DNA of 64,000 nucleotides, from assembly GCA_051745505.1 (NCBI GenBank), contig JBNJEC010000001.1, forward strand, positions 1,324 to 65,323, written 5' to 3'. The translations under genes and the position numbers were made by a program. Positions 21,123 through 30,587 of the stretch are shown here, piece by piece. Below the pieces are notes generated by a model that searched no databases, was not told the DNA's origin, and worked only from the letters and a program-made list of their open reading frames with translations. The DNA is from Bacillota bacterium (GTDB lineage: Bacteria; Bacillota_I; Bacilli_A; Izemoplasmatales; Izemoplasmataceae). Positions within the stretch are counted from its first letter, which is position 1, and every line of letters begins with the position of its first letter.

Positions 21123-22106
21123 CTATTCTAATGCATTTTCTAAGGATGCAAGGTTATCGTACATGAGATTGATGTAGTTTTTGTTTTGATTCATTTCTTC
21201 TGTTGTGATGTTGCCAATGGGGTGAAGGTAGCGTTTCTCGACATCGTGGTCAAGCTTGTTGACTTCTGATATGAGCGTTTCTCCAGCTGGAGAGGTGGCG
21301 TTTTTCTCGAAAAGAATGTAATCCAAATCGTTGTCAATAATCAAATCAATGAATGTTTCCAAGTCATTTGGAACGGTTTCGTCTTCATGCGCGTGTGCAT
21401 TCAAAGTCAATGACTTGATATTCAAACCGTAGGCATCTTCGAAATAGCTAAAGAGTTTGACGTTTGTGACCACGGGCTTCTCAGTATTGGTAAGCGTATT
21501 GGTAAAGTCTTCGTGAAGTTTTTGAAGTTGTGCTTCCAGCACTGTGTAGTTATTGTTCAGAATTTCGGTCTCATCGCTGTATTTCTCACTGAGTTTATCC
21601 ATAATGAGTTCTGAGGCCTCAATCATTCTAGAGGTATCGAGCCAGAAGTGCGCGTCTGGAAGGGTGGTGACCTCCGGATGCTCTTCTTCATCGTGCTCTT
21701 CATCACCATGGTCTTCATCTTCGTGGTCGTGTATGAGTTCCACTTCAAGAATGTCTATGTGGTTTTCCATTTTGACAAGTTCGACGTTTTGATCGTCGAA
21801 GACGGAATCAATGTTGGCTTCGATATAGGTGTCGTATCCGGCGCCTACATGGAACAGAAAGTCTGCATCCTGCATATCGATGATTTCTTTTTGTGACCAA
21901 TCATGGGACTCTCCGTGCACTTGAGAACCAGGTACGTATTTGACGGTAACAACATCTTCTCCGATGGAATCAAGCAAAAACTTGAGGGGGTAGGTCGTTG
22001 TGTATACTACGGTGCCATCATCGGTCGTATCGTCGCATGCGGCGATACTTAAAACTGTCATGAGTGTTACGAGTAAAATCAGTATTTTTTTCATAGGCAT
22101 CACCAT
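21123..22106 (-). CDS. Metal (Zn/Mn) ABC-transporter substrate-binding lipoprotein, ZnuA/AdcA-like, with a His/acid-rich loop
   Basis: Lipobox LSIAAC, DAHFWLD motif, and HDHEDEDHGDEEHDEEEH loop. Several in-frame starts are possible (22106, 22100, 22094). Confidence 0.8.
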   Translation of the reverse strand: MVMPMKKILILLVTLMTVLSIAACDDTTDDGTVVYTTTYPLKFLLDSIGEDVVTVKYVPGSQVHGESHDWSQKEIIDMQDADFLFHVGAGYDTYIEANIDSVFDDQNVELVKMENHIDILEVELIHDHEDEDHGDEEHDEEEHPEVTTLPDAHFWLDTSRMIEASELIMDKLSEKYSDETEILNNNYTVLEAQLQKLHEDFTNTLTNTEKPVVTNVKLFSYFEDAYGLNIKSLTLNAHAHEDETVPNDLETFIDLIIDNDLDYILFEKNATSPAGETLISEVNKLDHDVEKRYLHPIGNITTEEMNQNKNYINLMYDNLASLENALE

Positions 22107-22360
22107 TATTTGTAGGCCTCCTCAATAATTGAGTACAAAGAGGCGGCTTCGTCTTTTTTTGCGTTTTCTTTAAGGCTTTCAACCTTGAGAGTCAGAAGCT
22201 TGTTAGCATAGTTGATTTCCAAGATATCGCCAATGGAAAGCTTGGTACTGGATTTGGCGGTTCGATCATTCACTTTGATATGTCCTGAATCGCTTATTTC
22301 TTTGGCGACGGTACGTCTTTTTATAATTCTTGATACTTTCAGGAATTTGTCAAGTCTCAT
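22106..22360 (-). CDS. S4-domain RNA-binding protein (YabO/RqcP, Hsp15-like)
   Basis: [23 protein letters not shown]4 motif, about 84 aa. ATG 22360 lies 9 nt after AAGGAG; the track start at 22366 is a TTG. Confidence 0.8.
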   Translation of the reverse strand: MRLDKFLKVSRIIKRRTVAKEISDSGHIKVNDRTAKSSTKLSIGDILEINYANKLLTLKVESLKENAKKDEAASLYSIIEEAYK

Positions 22361-22383
22361 AGTCAAAAGCTCCTTTACAAGTC

Positions 22384-22414
22384 ACAAACAAGGATGTAAG
22401 CCATCCTTGTTTGT
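22384..22414 (-). other. 13-bp intercistronic hairpin between ftsH and the S4-domain gene, with no U tract
   Basis: ACAAACAAGGATG-N5-CATCCTTGTTTGT perfect stem. Confidence 0.6.
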
Positions 22415-22422
22415 GTGTGGGT

Positions 22423-24480
22423 TTATTTGTTGGAGGCTTTGGAAGCGGTGGCTTTTGAGTCCTCAGAGTCCTCTGATTCGGTATCCGTGTCTTCGTCAGA
22501 ATCATCTTTTTGGGTTGATGGGTCCGTTTCATTGTTGGATGTGTCTTCCGAGGATACTTGTTTGTTTTCCTCAGCCTCTTTCTTATTGGCATCGTCTTCA
22601 CGTTTCTTATCGAGCCAGGAAAGTTTTCCCGTGTCCACGATTTCCATGATGTCTTCGCGGGTAAGGGTTTCGGTTTCAAGGAGGAAGTCGGCGATGGTTT
22701 TAAGCAGGGACAAATGCTCCGTGAGAACGGATTTGGCATTCTCATAGCATTCGTTGATAATGTTTCTTACTTCATTGTCGATTTCAAGTGCGACTGTATC
22801 TGAGAACGATTTGTCTGAGGCGTAATCTCTTCCCAGGAATACGTTGTTAGAGCGTTTCTCGTATTGAATTGGGCCGAGTGAACTCATACCGTATTCTGTA
22901 ACCATCGAGCGTGCGATTTCCGTTGCGCGCTGGAAGTCGTTATGTGCTCCGGTGGAAACTTCGTTGAAGATGATCTCTTCTGCAACCCGTCCTCCAAGAA
23001 GGCCTGTAATCTGGTCGACGAGACTCTTTCTGGTTTTGAGGAATGATTCTTCCTCTTCAGGAAGCATGAGGTTGTAGCCACCTGCCTGTCCACGTGGAAT
23101 GATGGTGACTTTGTGGACGACGTTGGCGTTGTCGAGTTTGAGTCCAAGCACGGCGTGTCCGGCTTCATGATGCGCGATGAAATTGCGTTCTTTCTTGGTG
23201 AAGACTCTTGATTTTTTGGCGGGGCCCATCATGACGCGGTCAACCGCTTCATCAATGTGGTACAGCTTGATCGCAGGAAGATTTTCCCTTGCTGCAAGCA
23301 GTGCCGCTTCATTGAGAAGGTTCTCAAGATCCGCACCGGTAAATCCAGGTGTACGTCTCGCAATTTCTTTGAAAGTCACATTTGGATCGATTTTCTTGTT
23401 TCTGGCGTGAACCTTCAAAATTTCCTGGCGGCCTTTGATGTCCGGTCTGCCGACAGTGATTTGTCTGTCAAAACGTCCGGGACGCAGCAACGCTGGGTCA
23501 AGAACGTCAGGTCTGTTTGTAGCAGCCATGACAATGATTCCGGAGTTCGGTCCGAAACCGTCCATTTCAACAAGTAGCTGGTTCAGGGTTTGTTCTCTTT
23601 CATCGTGGCCGCCACCTAGGCCTGCACCACGCTGTCTTCCGACCGCGTCCAGCTCATCTACGAAGATGATGCACGGAGCGCTTTGTTTGGCGGTCTTGAA
23701 CATGTCGCGTACACGGCTTGCGCCGACACCGACGAACATCTCCACGAAGTCCGAACCGCTGATTGAATAAAACGGTACATCCGCTTCACCCGCTACAGCT
23801 CTAGCAAGCAAGGTCTTACCGGTACCCGGTGGCCCTACGAGCAGAACGCCTTTTGGAATGCGTGCGCCAAGGTTCATGTATTTCTTAGGATCCTGGAGGA
23901 AGTCGATGAGTTCTGACACTTCCTGCTTTTCTTCGTCAAGTGCGGCTACCTCGTCGAATGTAGTGGTTTTACCCTTGTTTAGTTTTGCTTTGCTTTTACC
24001 GAAGTCAAAGGCTTTGTTGTTACCGCCACCACTTCTCATGAAGAAGCCGATGAATATGACTATCAGAATAATCGGTAGAAGAACAATCAATATGTTCCAA
24101 AAACTATAAGTTGAGCCTTGTTCGTGACCGTAAGTGATGTCTTGGTCTTCGGCCAGTTCTATTACATTCTGAAGGGCGTCTTGTGTAGGGACTTCGACTA
24201 CATATTCGCTATCGTTTTTGAGGGTACCCGTAATCGAATAAGAGCCCTGGTTGATATCACCCGCAATTGGGGTGGATTCTATTGTGGCTACGTTGTCTTC
24301 TTCGATTTCCTCAATAAATTCTGTATAGGAAAACTGCATTGGTTCCTCTCCATCTGATGCGAATAGCCATATTGCAGAAAAGACAAACAGCAGTATGAGC
24401 ATCATTACGATGAGATTGCCTATTTTATTTGCTTTTTGTGGACCCGGTGGGGTTGGTTTTTTTTGTGCCATGCGTTTCAC
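22423..24480 (-). CDS. ftsH: ATP-dependent zinc metalloprotease FtsH
   Basis: Walker A GPPGTGKT, second region of homology, HEAGHA zinc motif, and a long Ser/Asp/Glu-rich C-terminal tail. Confidence 0.97.
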   Translation of the reverse strand: MKRMAQKKPTPPGPQKANKIGNLIVMMLILLFVFSAIWLFASDGEEPMQFSYTEFIEEIEEDNVATIESTPIAGDINQGSYSITGTLKNDSEYVVEVPTQDALQNVIELAEDQDITYGHEQGSTYSFWNILIVLLPIILIVIFIGFFMRSGGGNNKAFDFGKSKAKLNKGKTTTFDEVAALDEEKQEVSELIDFLQDPKKYMNLGARIPKGVLLVGPPGTGKTLLARAVAGEADVPFYSISGSDFVEMFVGVGASRVRDMFKTAKQSAPCIIFVDELDAVGRQRGAGLGGGHDEREQTLNQLLVEMDGFGPNSGIIVMAATNRPDVLDPALLRPGRFDRQITVGRPDIKGRQEILKVHARNKKIDPNVTFKEIARRTPGFTGADLENLLNEAALLAARENLPAIKLYHIDEAVDRVMMGPAKKSRVFTKKERNFIAHHEAGHAVLGLKLDNANVVHKVTIIPRGQAGGYNLMLPEEEESFLKTRKSLVDQITGLLGGRVAEEIIFNEVSTGAHNDFQRATEIARSMVTEYGMSSLGPIQYEKRSNNVFLGRDYASDKSFSDTVALEIDNEVRNIINECYENAKSVLTEHLSLLKTIADFLLETETLTREDIMEIVDTGKLSWLDKKREDDANKKEAEENKQVSSEDTSNNETDPSTQKDDSDEDTDTESEDSEDSKATASKASNK

Positions 24481-24547
24481 TCCTTAATCATTCATATCTA
24501 GTCTAGTGTAATGGAATTGCTAAGAGAATTCAATTCAAACGTCTTTA

Positions 24548-24583
24548 AGAAACGGCCTTAAAGGAAGATACCTTTAAAGGCCG
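24548..24583 (-). terminator. Rho-independent terminator after tilS
   Basis: Minus strand CGGCCTTTAAAGG...CCTTTAAGGCCG followed by TTTCTT. Confidence 0.75.
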
Positions 24584-24592
24584 ACAAAAAGT

Positions 24593-25918
24593 TCATTGGT
24601 CATGGGTATTGTCAGTGATTAAATAAAAATACAGACAATGTTTTCCTGTTGTCCCTGTTTTTCTGATATCCAGGGAAGGAATCCATAGAACGTTTTTGTT
24701 AGTGTCCGTCAGAAGCAGCATCTCGTCGCGTTTATGAGGTTCGATTTTACGGTCGATGAAAAGTCTGCTGATTTTTTTATGGCCGTAGGGGAATTCGATT
24801 GTATCACCATTCTCACGCGTGCGCATGATTATTGGATATACGTCGTCATTATACCACAAGACATAAGGTTTTGTAAGCGTGTCGGCCTTTTTTTTGTCGG
24901 TTACGACAAGGGTATGGTTTTCATCGATTGGATAGGTTCCTTGTTGGGTAATCAGCGTGTTGATTTTCTTGTTATTATTCTTCGCGTTTTGCCTGATTTG
25001 GAAGACATCGTATGCCTTGTGCAGAGTATAGTCTCTATTCAGCGGCATGGAAAAGTGCGCAGACGTTTGGAGCTGGGAGATGAGTTCGTCCAGGTATTTT
25101 TTTGACGGGTGAAAAGAGGGAATGTAAGTCTGGAACTTTCTTTTGAGAAATCGTCTTTTCATAGCGGGTTGAAAAGTGCCAAAGGTTGCCATGCTTAGTT
25201 TATTTTCTTTGAACATTGGGTGGGATTTCACTTTTAATTCCAAAAAATCATTCAAGTCCTCAATATCTTCGAGCGTTGTTCGAATAGTGCTTTTGAAATT
25301 CGGATTTTCTTTTTCCAGCATTGGAATGAGTGTTCGCCTGATCCGGTTGCGTGTGTAGATGTCAAAATCATTGCTTTCATCCCTGAAATAAGGGATTTCC
25401 CAGTATTTTGCGTATTCAACGATTTGTGATTTTTCAAAATCCAAAAATGGTTTTACAAATGTGAAACCATCATCGGTCTTGATGGTTTTTTTCATGGAAG
25501 TGAGTCCTGAAAGACTGCGGCCTTCCAATAATCTCATGAGAAACGTTTCCAGCAAGTCGTCATAATGATGGGCGGTAAGAATAATCTTTGATCCGTGTTT
25601 TCGTGCGGTTTTCTTGAAGAAGTCCTGCCGAAACAACCGTGCGTTTTTTTGAAAGTTCCCTTTTTCAGCGTCGTTGAATACGGCGCCTTCAAAGGGGATG
25701 GCGAAGTCATCGCAAAGGTTTTTCAATGCTTCATATTCGTGATCGGATTCAGGCCGTTTCTTGTGATTCACATGTGCGACTACGAAGTGTTTTTTAAGAG
25801 TTTTGAGCATGTAAAAAAGCGTCATCGAGTCGATGCCGCCACTAAGTGCTAAAATGAAAGGGTCATGATTTGATTTAGGGAGCTCTTTTTCAATTGCGTA
25901 TTCAAAATCCTTAAGCAT
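24593..25918 (-). CDS. tilS: tRNA(Ile)-lysidine synthetase
   Basis: PP-loop ALSGGIDSMT. ATG 25918 has an AAAGGGTGA RBS; the track start at 25996 was rejected. Confidence 0.9.
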   Translation of the reverse strand: MLKDFEYAIEKELPKSNHDPFILALSGGIDSMTLFYMLKTLKKHFVVAHVNHKKRPESDHEYEALKNLCDDFAIPFEGAVFNDAEKGNFQKNARLFRQDFFKKTARKHGSKIILTAHHYDDLLETFLMRLLEGRSLSGLTSMKKTIKTDDGFTFVKPFLDFEKSQIVEYAKYWEIPYFRDESNDFDIYTRNRIRRTLIPMLEKENPNFKSTIRTTLEDIEDLNDFLELKVKSHPMFKENKLSMATFGTFQPAMKRRFLKRKFQTYIPSFHPSKKYLDELISQLQTSAHFSMPLNRDYTLHKAYDVFQIRQNAKNNNKKINTLITQQGTYPIDENHTLVVTDKKKADTLTKPYVLWYNDDVYPIIMRTRENGDTIEFPYGHKKISRLFIDRKIEPHKRDEMLLLTDTNKNVLWIPSLDIRKTGTTGKHCLYFYLITDNTHDQ

Positions 25919-26021
25919 GGTATCACCCTTTATAATTATAGCACAGTGCCATGCATCATGATAGTAGAAGGAAATGCGTTTACATGTTATAATCATACCG
26001 ATAAATTACGAGGTGATAAAA

Positions 26022-26579
26022 ATGGGAAGATATATACTGGCAAGCACTTCGCCAAGACGTCATGAACTTATTGGCCTGACAGGGTACACATTTGAAACGA
26101 TTGGGCCAAACGTGGATGAGACGATGAACGGCGAACTTGATGTGGAAGCAAGGATTATTGACATAGCGAAAAGAAAAGCGGAAGCCGTTGCGAACAAGTT
26201 CTCCGATGAAGACACCATTTTGGCATGCGATACAGTAGTCGTTTGCGATGATGAGGTCCTCGGAAAACCAAAAACCAAAGAAGAAGCCAGAAGAATGATG
26301 CGCAAGCTTGCAGGAAGAGATCACAGGGTCATCACCGGGTGCGTTCTTAAAAAGGGCGAGAAGCGCAAAGAGTTTTATGAAGACGCCATTGTGACGTTTT
26401 CCAAAATAAGAAATGATGAGATAGAAGCGTATCTCAACACCGGAGAGTTCTATGGAAAAGCCGGAGGCTATGCCGTTCAAGGGTATGCAGCAAGATTCGT
26501 CACCGGTCTTCAGGGTGATTATTATTCAGTCATGGGTCTGCCCGTAAGCAGGGTGTATCGCGAATTGATTTTTTCATAA
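26022..26579 (+). CDS. maf: Maf-like nucleoside triphosphate pyrophosphatase
   Basis: ILASTSPRR N-terminus and YGKAGGYAVQG motif. GAGGTGA RBS upstream. Confidence 0.9.
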   Translation: MGRYILASTSPRRHELIGLTGYTFETIGPNVDETMNGELDVEARIIDIAKRKAEAVANKFSDEDTILACDTVVVCDDEVLGKPKTKEEARRMMRKLAGRDHRVITGCVLKKGEKRKEFYEDAIVTFSKIRNDEIEAYLNTGEFYGKAGGYAVQGYAARFVTGLQGDYYSVMGLPVSRVYRELIFS

Positions 26580-26675
26580 GATGCAAGTTGCCAGGGCGTT
26601 TATGAAGGATGTTTTCAAAATACGTACTGACAACTTTTTCATGGTAAGATAAGTCTGATTTCAGGAGGAAACGAC

Positions 26676-27197
26676 ATGTTCAAATTAAAAGTACCCAAAG
26701 AAGATCGTCAACGTGTCAAAGAAAAATTGAATATCGTCGACAGTAAAGAATATGAATATGTCGTTACCACCGATGAATCCATGGTGGAAAAAGACAAAAT
26801 AAACATTGTTTTTCCTGAAGAGGAGAGCGAGAAAGTCAGTAGGATTCTCGATGCCATTGTCAAAGGCGAAGATATTTTCATCACAGGTGAAAACGAACAT
26901 GGCATCAAACATCTTGAGTCTAGAAAAATTCATTATTTCATGGTAGTCGACGATGATGTCAGAGCGTTTTTAAGCAACGCGTCTTTTATCGTCAAACGCA
27001 AGCTCTATGAACTTGAAGACCTGCTCAAGGACAAGTATTTCATCCGTGTCAGCAAATATGCACTGGTCAATATCAACAAGATTGACTACATCAAACCGGC
27101 TTTCAATTCTAAATTGTTGCTTCTTATGCGCAATGGCGAAGAAGTCGAAGTGAACAGAAGATATTACAAGGCTTTCAAAAAGACCTTGAATCTATAG
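26676..27197 (+). CDS. Stand-alone LytTR-family DNA-binding protein with no receiver domain
   Basis: C-terminal LytTR-like region (KIHYFMVVDDDVRAFL...FIRVSKYALVNINKIDYIKP...EVEVNRRYYKAFK). The N-terminal ~75 aa are charged and too short for a REC domain. AGGAGG RBS upstream. Confidence 0.75.
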   Translation: MFKLKVPKEDRQRVKEKLNIVDSKEYEYVVTTDESMVEKDKINIVFPEEESEKVSRILDAIVKGEDIFITGENEHGIKHLESRKIHYFMVVDDDVRAFLSNASFIVKRKLYELEDLLKDKYFIRVSKYALVNINKIDYIKPAFNSKLLLLMRNGEEVEVNRRYYKAFKKTLNL

Positions 27198-27212
27198 GAG
27201 GGACGACAAAAC

Positions 27213-29102
27213 ATGATTTTTAATCTATTTGAATTTGTTTATAACAATGCATTGACTATTTCCATCATTGCGCTGTCTCTCCTGCTCGCACTATTTCTCG
27301 GGCGCAAATGGTATGTGGAAGTGAAAATGAATCGTCGTCTCAACATCAAGAAAACGATGCTTAGAAACCTGAGAGAGGTTTCTTTCAAACTTCCATCACT
27401 TAAAAGATCATTTGCCGTATTTGTGCCAATTATTTTTCTGGGGCTGTTTTTTCTTCTGTCATTTGACGTGCCTACCGATTATACAAATCATGTAAAGCGC
27501 ATTGAAGACGAAGAAACCTTCATGGATTTATATGAAACGTTCAATGAAAAATTCTATTCCACCCCTCTTCAAAGTGCGGACGTTTTGGAAAATGCTTCTC
27601 AAGTCAATAGACTGAATGCGAACTCAAATGGACTTGTGGAAGGGCTCGATTATGTAGCAAGTCACGGAGACTATGTTTTTGTGTTGAATGATTCGGGCAT
27701 AAAAGTGGTCAATGGCAATGAAGAATCCCTGACTTTGGAAAAGACCATTGGTTTCCCAAGAGAAGACCAGTGTGAGGACGATCTATTTGATCCTCTTGGC
27801 ATTGCTGTTCATGGGGACAAATTGATATCAGCAGGCTATTTGCCACCTGCCCAGTGTAGCGAAAGCACCGCAAGTTTGCTCGGTGGATCGAAAACAGTGA
27901 TACGCATTTACGATATCGGTGAAGATTTTGATTTGAGTGATGAATACAGGATTTCAGGACACCTGAATCAAGGACATTATGAAGAAGGCCGTCTGGTGTT
28001 TGCGTCCAATGCTTATCTGCCGGCGGACCCGGATAAGAACATGCTTGAGAGTTATTTTCCACACATTACCCATAATGGAAACCGGGAAACCGCTGATTTT
28101 AGCGGTTTGAGATACATAGAAAACACAAATCCAAACACTTTTTTATCCTTGACTTTGATTGATGTTCAAGAGGGGTCATACGATTTTGAGACCACGCTTA
28201 CGGATTACAAGTACTTACTGGAAATGAATCATGAGCACGTTTACGTATCTGCGGATGCGTATGAGTTTGATACAACTTCTGAAGTCTTTGAAATGCAAAA
28301 TCCAATCAAGGCTACCCATACGATATTGAGCAAATTCTCCCTTAGAGATGATGAAATTCTCTTTAGCAAAACAAGGCAGCACAAAAACATGACAACCCCT
28401 TTCGATAGTTTGAAAGATACGGAGTCAGGCGTCTTTACGTTATTGAAAAGCGACACCGATTATCATCTTGTATGGTTTGACAAAAACATGGAACGTATTG
28501 ATGAAACGGTTTGGTCTTTGGGTGAAACCTACACTTCTTTGGAGCATGTTGGGCAATCGCTTTTCCTTTATGAAGGCGACGTTCCAACAAGTGAAATAAA
28601 AATATCCAACAATCAATTGATCAACATGAATGGTGTGGACTATGAGAAGGCATCGCTCCATTCCATGTATCCGTTGAACGCGTCGGATATGACACTGGCC
28701 ATTAGTGGTAATGAAACTTCGCCCAACCTGTCCCTACTCTCAAGCGAATTGGCCGTCGTTGACGAATATGAACTTGATAATCTAAGCATGTCTTTAGAGG
28801 CATTCGAACGTTTTACTCTTGAGCAGAAAGACGACCAACACATCTTCTACGTGCCGCTTGGGAGAACTCAGGATGATTCCAATTATATCAGTGAAGACAA
28901 GATTCTGGTCTTAAGCGTTCGAGATGAAAGAGAAATTCTCACACATTCCATGATTGAGATGAACAACATTCCCAACCCCATGACACCGTTTGTCTATCGA
29001 CATCTTACCATCAACAAAGAAGAATACCATGTGACACCGGGCGGTATTTTCGTTACCACCCATCCTTCGGACGAAGTAATCAGAAAAATCAGAATCGACT
29101 AA
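27213..29102 (+). CDS. Membrane-anchored protein with a large extracytoplasmic beta-propeller-family domain
   Basis: Two N-terminal hydrophobic segments flank a Lys/Arg-rich loop. VEGLDYVASHGDYVFVLNDSG resembles the conserved N-terminal motif of the secreted Beta_propel family. AGGAGGG RBS 16 nt after the LytTR gene. Confidence 0.6.
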   Translation: MIFNLFEFVYNNALTISIIALSLLLALFLGRKWYVEVKMNRRLNIKKTMLRNLREVSFKLPSLKRSFAVFVPIIFLGLFFLLSFDVPTDYTNHVKRIEDEETFMDLYETFNEKFYSTPLQSADVLENASQVNRLNANSNGLVEGLDYVASHGDYVFVLNDSGIKVVNGNEESLTLEKTIGFPREDQCEDDLFDPLGIAVHGDKLISAGYLPPAQCSESTASLLGGSKTVIRIYDIGEDFDLSDEYRISGHLNQGHYEEGRLVFASNAYLPADPDKNMLESYFPHITHNGNRETADFSGLRYIENTNPNTFLSLTLIDVQEGSYDFETTLTDYKYLLEMNHEHVYVSADAYEFDTTSEVFEMQNPIKATHTILSKFSLRDDEILFSKTRQHKNMTTPFDSLKDTESGVFTLLKSDTDYHLVWFDKNMERIDETVWSLGETYTSLEHVGQSLFLYEGDVPTSEIKISNNQLINMNGVDYEKASLHSMYPLNASDMTLAISGNETSPNLSLLSSELAVVDEYELDNLSMSLEAFERFTLEQKDDQHIFYVPLGRTQDDSNYISEDKILVLSVRDEREILTHSMIEMNNIPNPMTPFVYRHLTINKEEYHVTPGGIFVTTHPSDEVIRKIRID

Positions 29103-29146
29103 AAAAAGCCATCGCTGAGCGTGTTGTTCAGCGATGGCTTTTTTAT
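29103..29146. terminator. Bidirectional terminator between the propeller gene (+) and aspA (-)
   Basis: AAGCCATCGCTGA-N9-TCAGCGATGGCTT flanked by an A7 run and a T run. Confidence 0.88.
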
Positions 29147-29147
29147 T

Positions 29148-30587
29148 TTAGTCGTTTCTTTTTGGATGTTTCTTCCCTTTTTTGAAGTACGATTGTCCGA
29201 CAATGCCGGGTTTGGTCATGTTTCTGATATCGAGGATGACCTTGATTTCTTCATCAGTCAATAGGCCTTCCTTGATGACGAGTTCTCTGATGGTTTGTCC
29301 TGTACTCATGGCCTCTTTTGCGAGGGCTGCGCTTTTTTCGTAGCCGATATGTGGAGACAGTGCGGTAACGACACCACTGGAACGTTCCACATAGGAGACA
29401 CATTTTTCCTTGTTGACGGTGATGCCTTCGATGGCTTTCGTTCTAAACGCGCTTACGCCTCGCTTGAGAATATCGAGACTTCCAAAAAGATTCACGAAGA
29501 TGATGGGTTCGAAGACGTTGAGTTCGAGTTGTCCAGCTTCAACGGCTTTCGTGATGGAGACGTCGTTCCCGATAACTTCGAAAGCAATCTGGTTGATGAC
29601 TTCTGGGATGACGGGGTTGACTTTTCCGGGCATGATCGACGAACCGGCCTGAACCTGAGGCAGGTTGATTTCGTTAAGTCCAGTGCTCGGTCCGCTGCTC
29701 ATGAGACGGAGATCGTTCGCTGTTTTGGAAAGGTTCACCGCCAAAGTTTTCAGTGCGGAAGAAAGCCAGAGAAACGGGTCAAGATTTCTGGTTGAATCGA
29801 TGAGATTCGGGGCGGTTTTGAAATTGATGCCTGTCAGTTTTCTCAAATTCTGAATGACTGACTGCTTGTAGACTTCACTGGCATTGAGACCGGTCCCGAC
29901 CGCGGTTGCGCCCATGTTGATGAATGTGAGTTCTTCTAAAGAACTCTCAATACGTCGAATGTCCCTTTGCAAGGCTTCGGCGAAGGCGCCGAATTCCTGA
30001 CCGATGCTGATTGGGACCGCGTCCTGAAGGTGGGTACGCCCCATTTTTACGGTTTCAAGGTAGGTGTTGGCCTTGTCCAGATAAGCTCTATGCAGGTTTT
30101 TGAGTTCCGCGACAAGTTTCTTTGTAAGACGTATGGTGGCGATTTTACCAGCGGTTGGGACAACGTCGTTGGTCGATTGACCGAAGTTTGCATGGTCGTT
30201 TGGGTGCACTTCGGTATATGTGCCTTTTTCAAAGCCAAGGATTTCGCTCGCTCTGTTTGCGAGGACTTCGTTGATGTTCATGTGCATGCTTGTGCCTGCG
30301 CCACCTTGAATCATGTCGGTGATGAACTGATCGTGAAGATCGCCATCGATTATCTGATCACAAGCCTGCATGATGACATCGGCCGTTTTGATATCCAGGT
30401 AATCGGCTTTCATGTTTGCATGGGCTGCGGCTCTTTTGACGGTCGCGAGTCCGATGATGAGCTGTTTGTGAATGGGTTGTTTGGAGATGGTGAAGTTTTC
30501 TTTTGCGCGTGCTGTTTGAATGCCATAGTAGGCATCTTCTGGTATGTTCACTTCACCGAGAAAGTCTTTTTCGGTTCTGTATTTCAT
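29148..30587 (-). CDS. aspA: Aspartate ammonia-lyase
   Basis: GSSIMPGKVNPVIPE signature (the aspartase-type PVIPE form). ATG 30587 overlaps the malic-enzyme TGA. Short basic C-terminal extension. Confidence 0.85.
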   Translation of the reverse strand: MKYRTEKDFLGEVNIPEDAYYGIQTARAKENFTISKQPIHKQLIIGLATVKRAAAHANMKADYLDIKTADVIMQACDQIIDGDLHDQFITDMIQGGAGTSMHMNINEVLANRASEILGFEKGTYTEVHPNDHANFGQSTNDVVPTAGKIATIRLTKKLVAELKNLHRAYLDKANTYLETVKMGRTHLQDAVPISIGQEFGAFAEALQRDIRRIESSLEELTFINMGATAVGTGLNASEVYKQSVIQNLRKLTGINFKTAPNLIDSTRNLDPFLWLSSALKTLAVNLSKTANDLRLMSSGPSTGLNEINLPQVQAGSSIMPGKVNPVIPEVINQIAFEVIGNDVSITKAVEAGQLELNVFEPIIFVNLFGSLDILKRGVSAFRTKAIEGITVNKEKCVSYVERSSGVVTALSPHIGYEKSAALAKEAMSTGQTIRELVIKEGLLTDEEIKVILDIRNMTKPGIVGQSYFKKGKKHPKRND

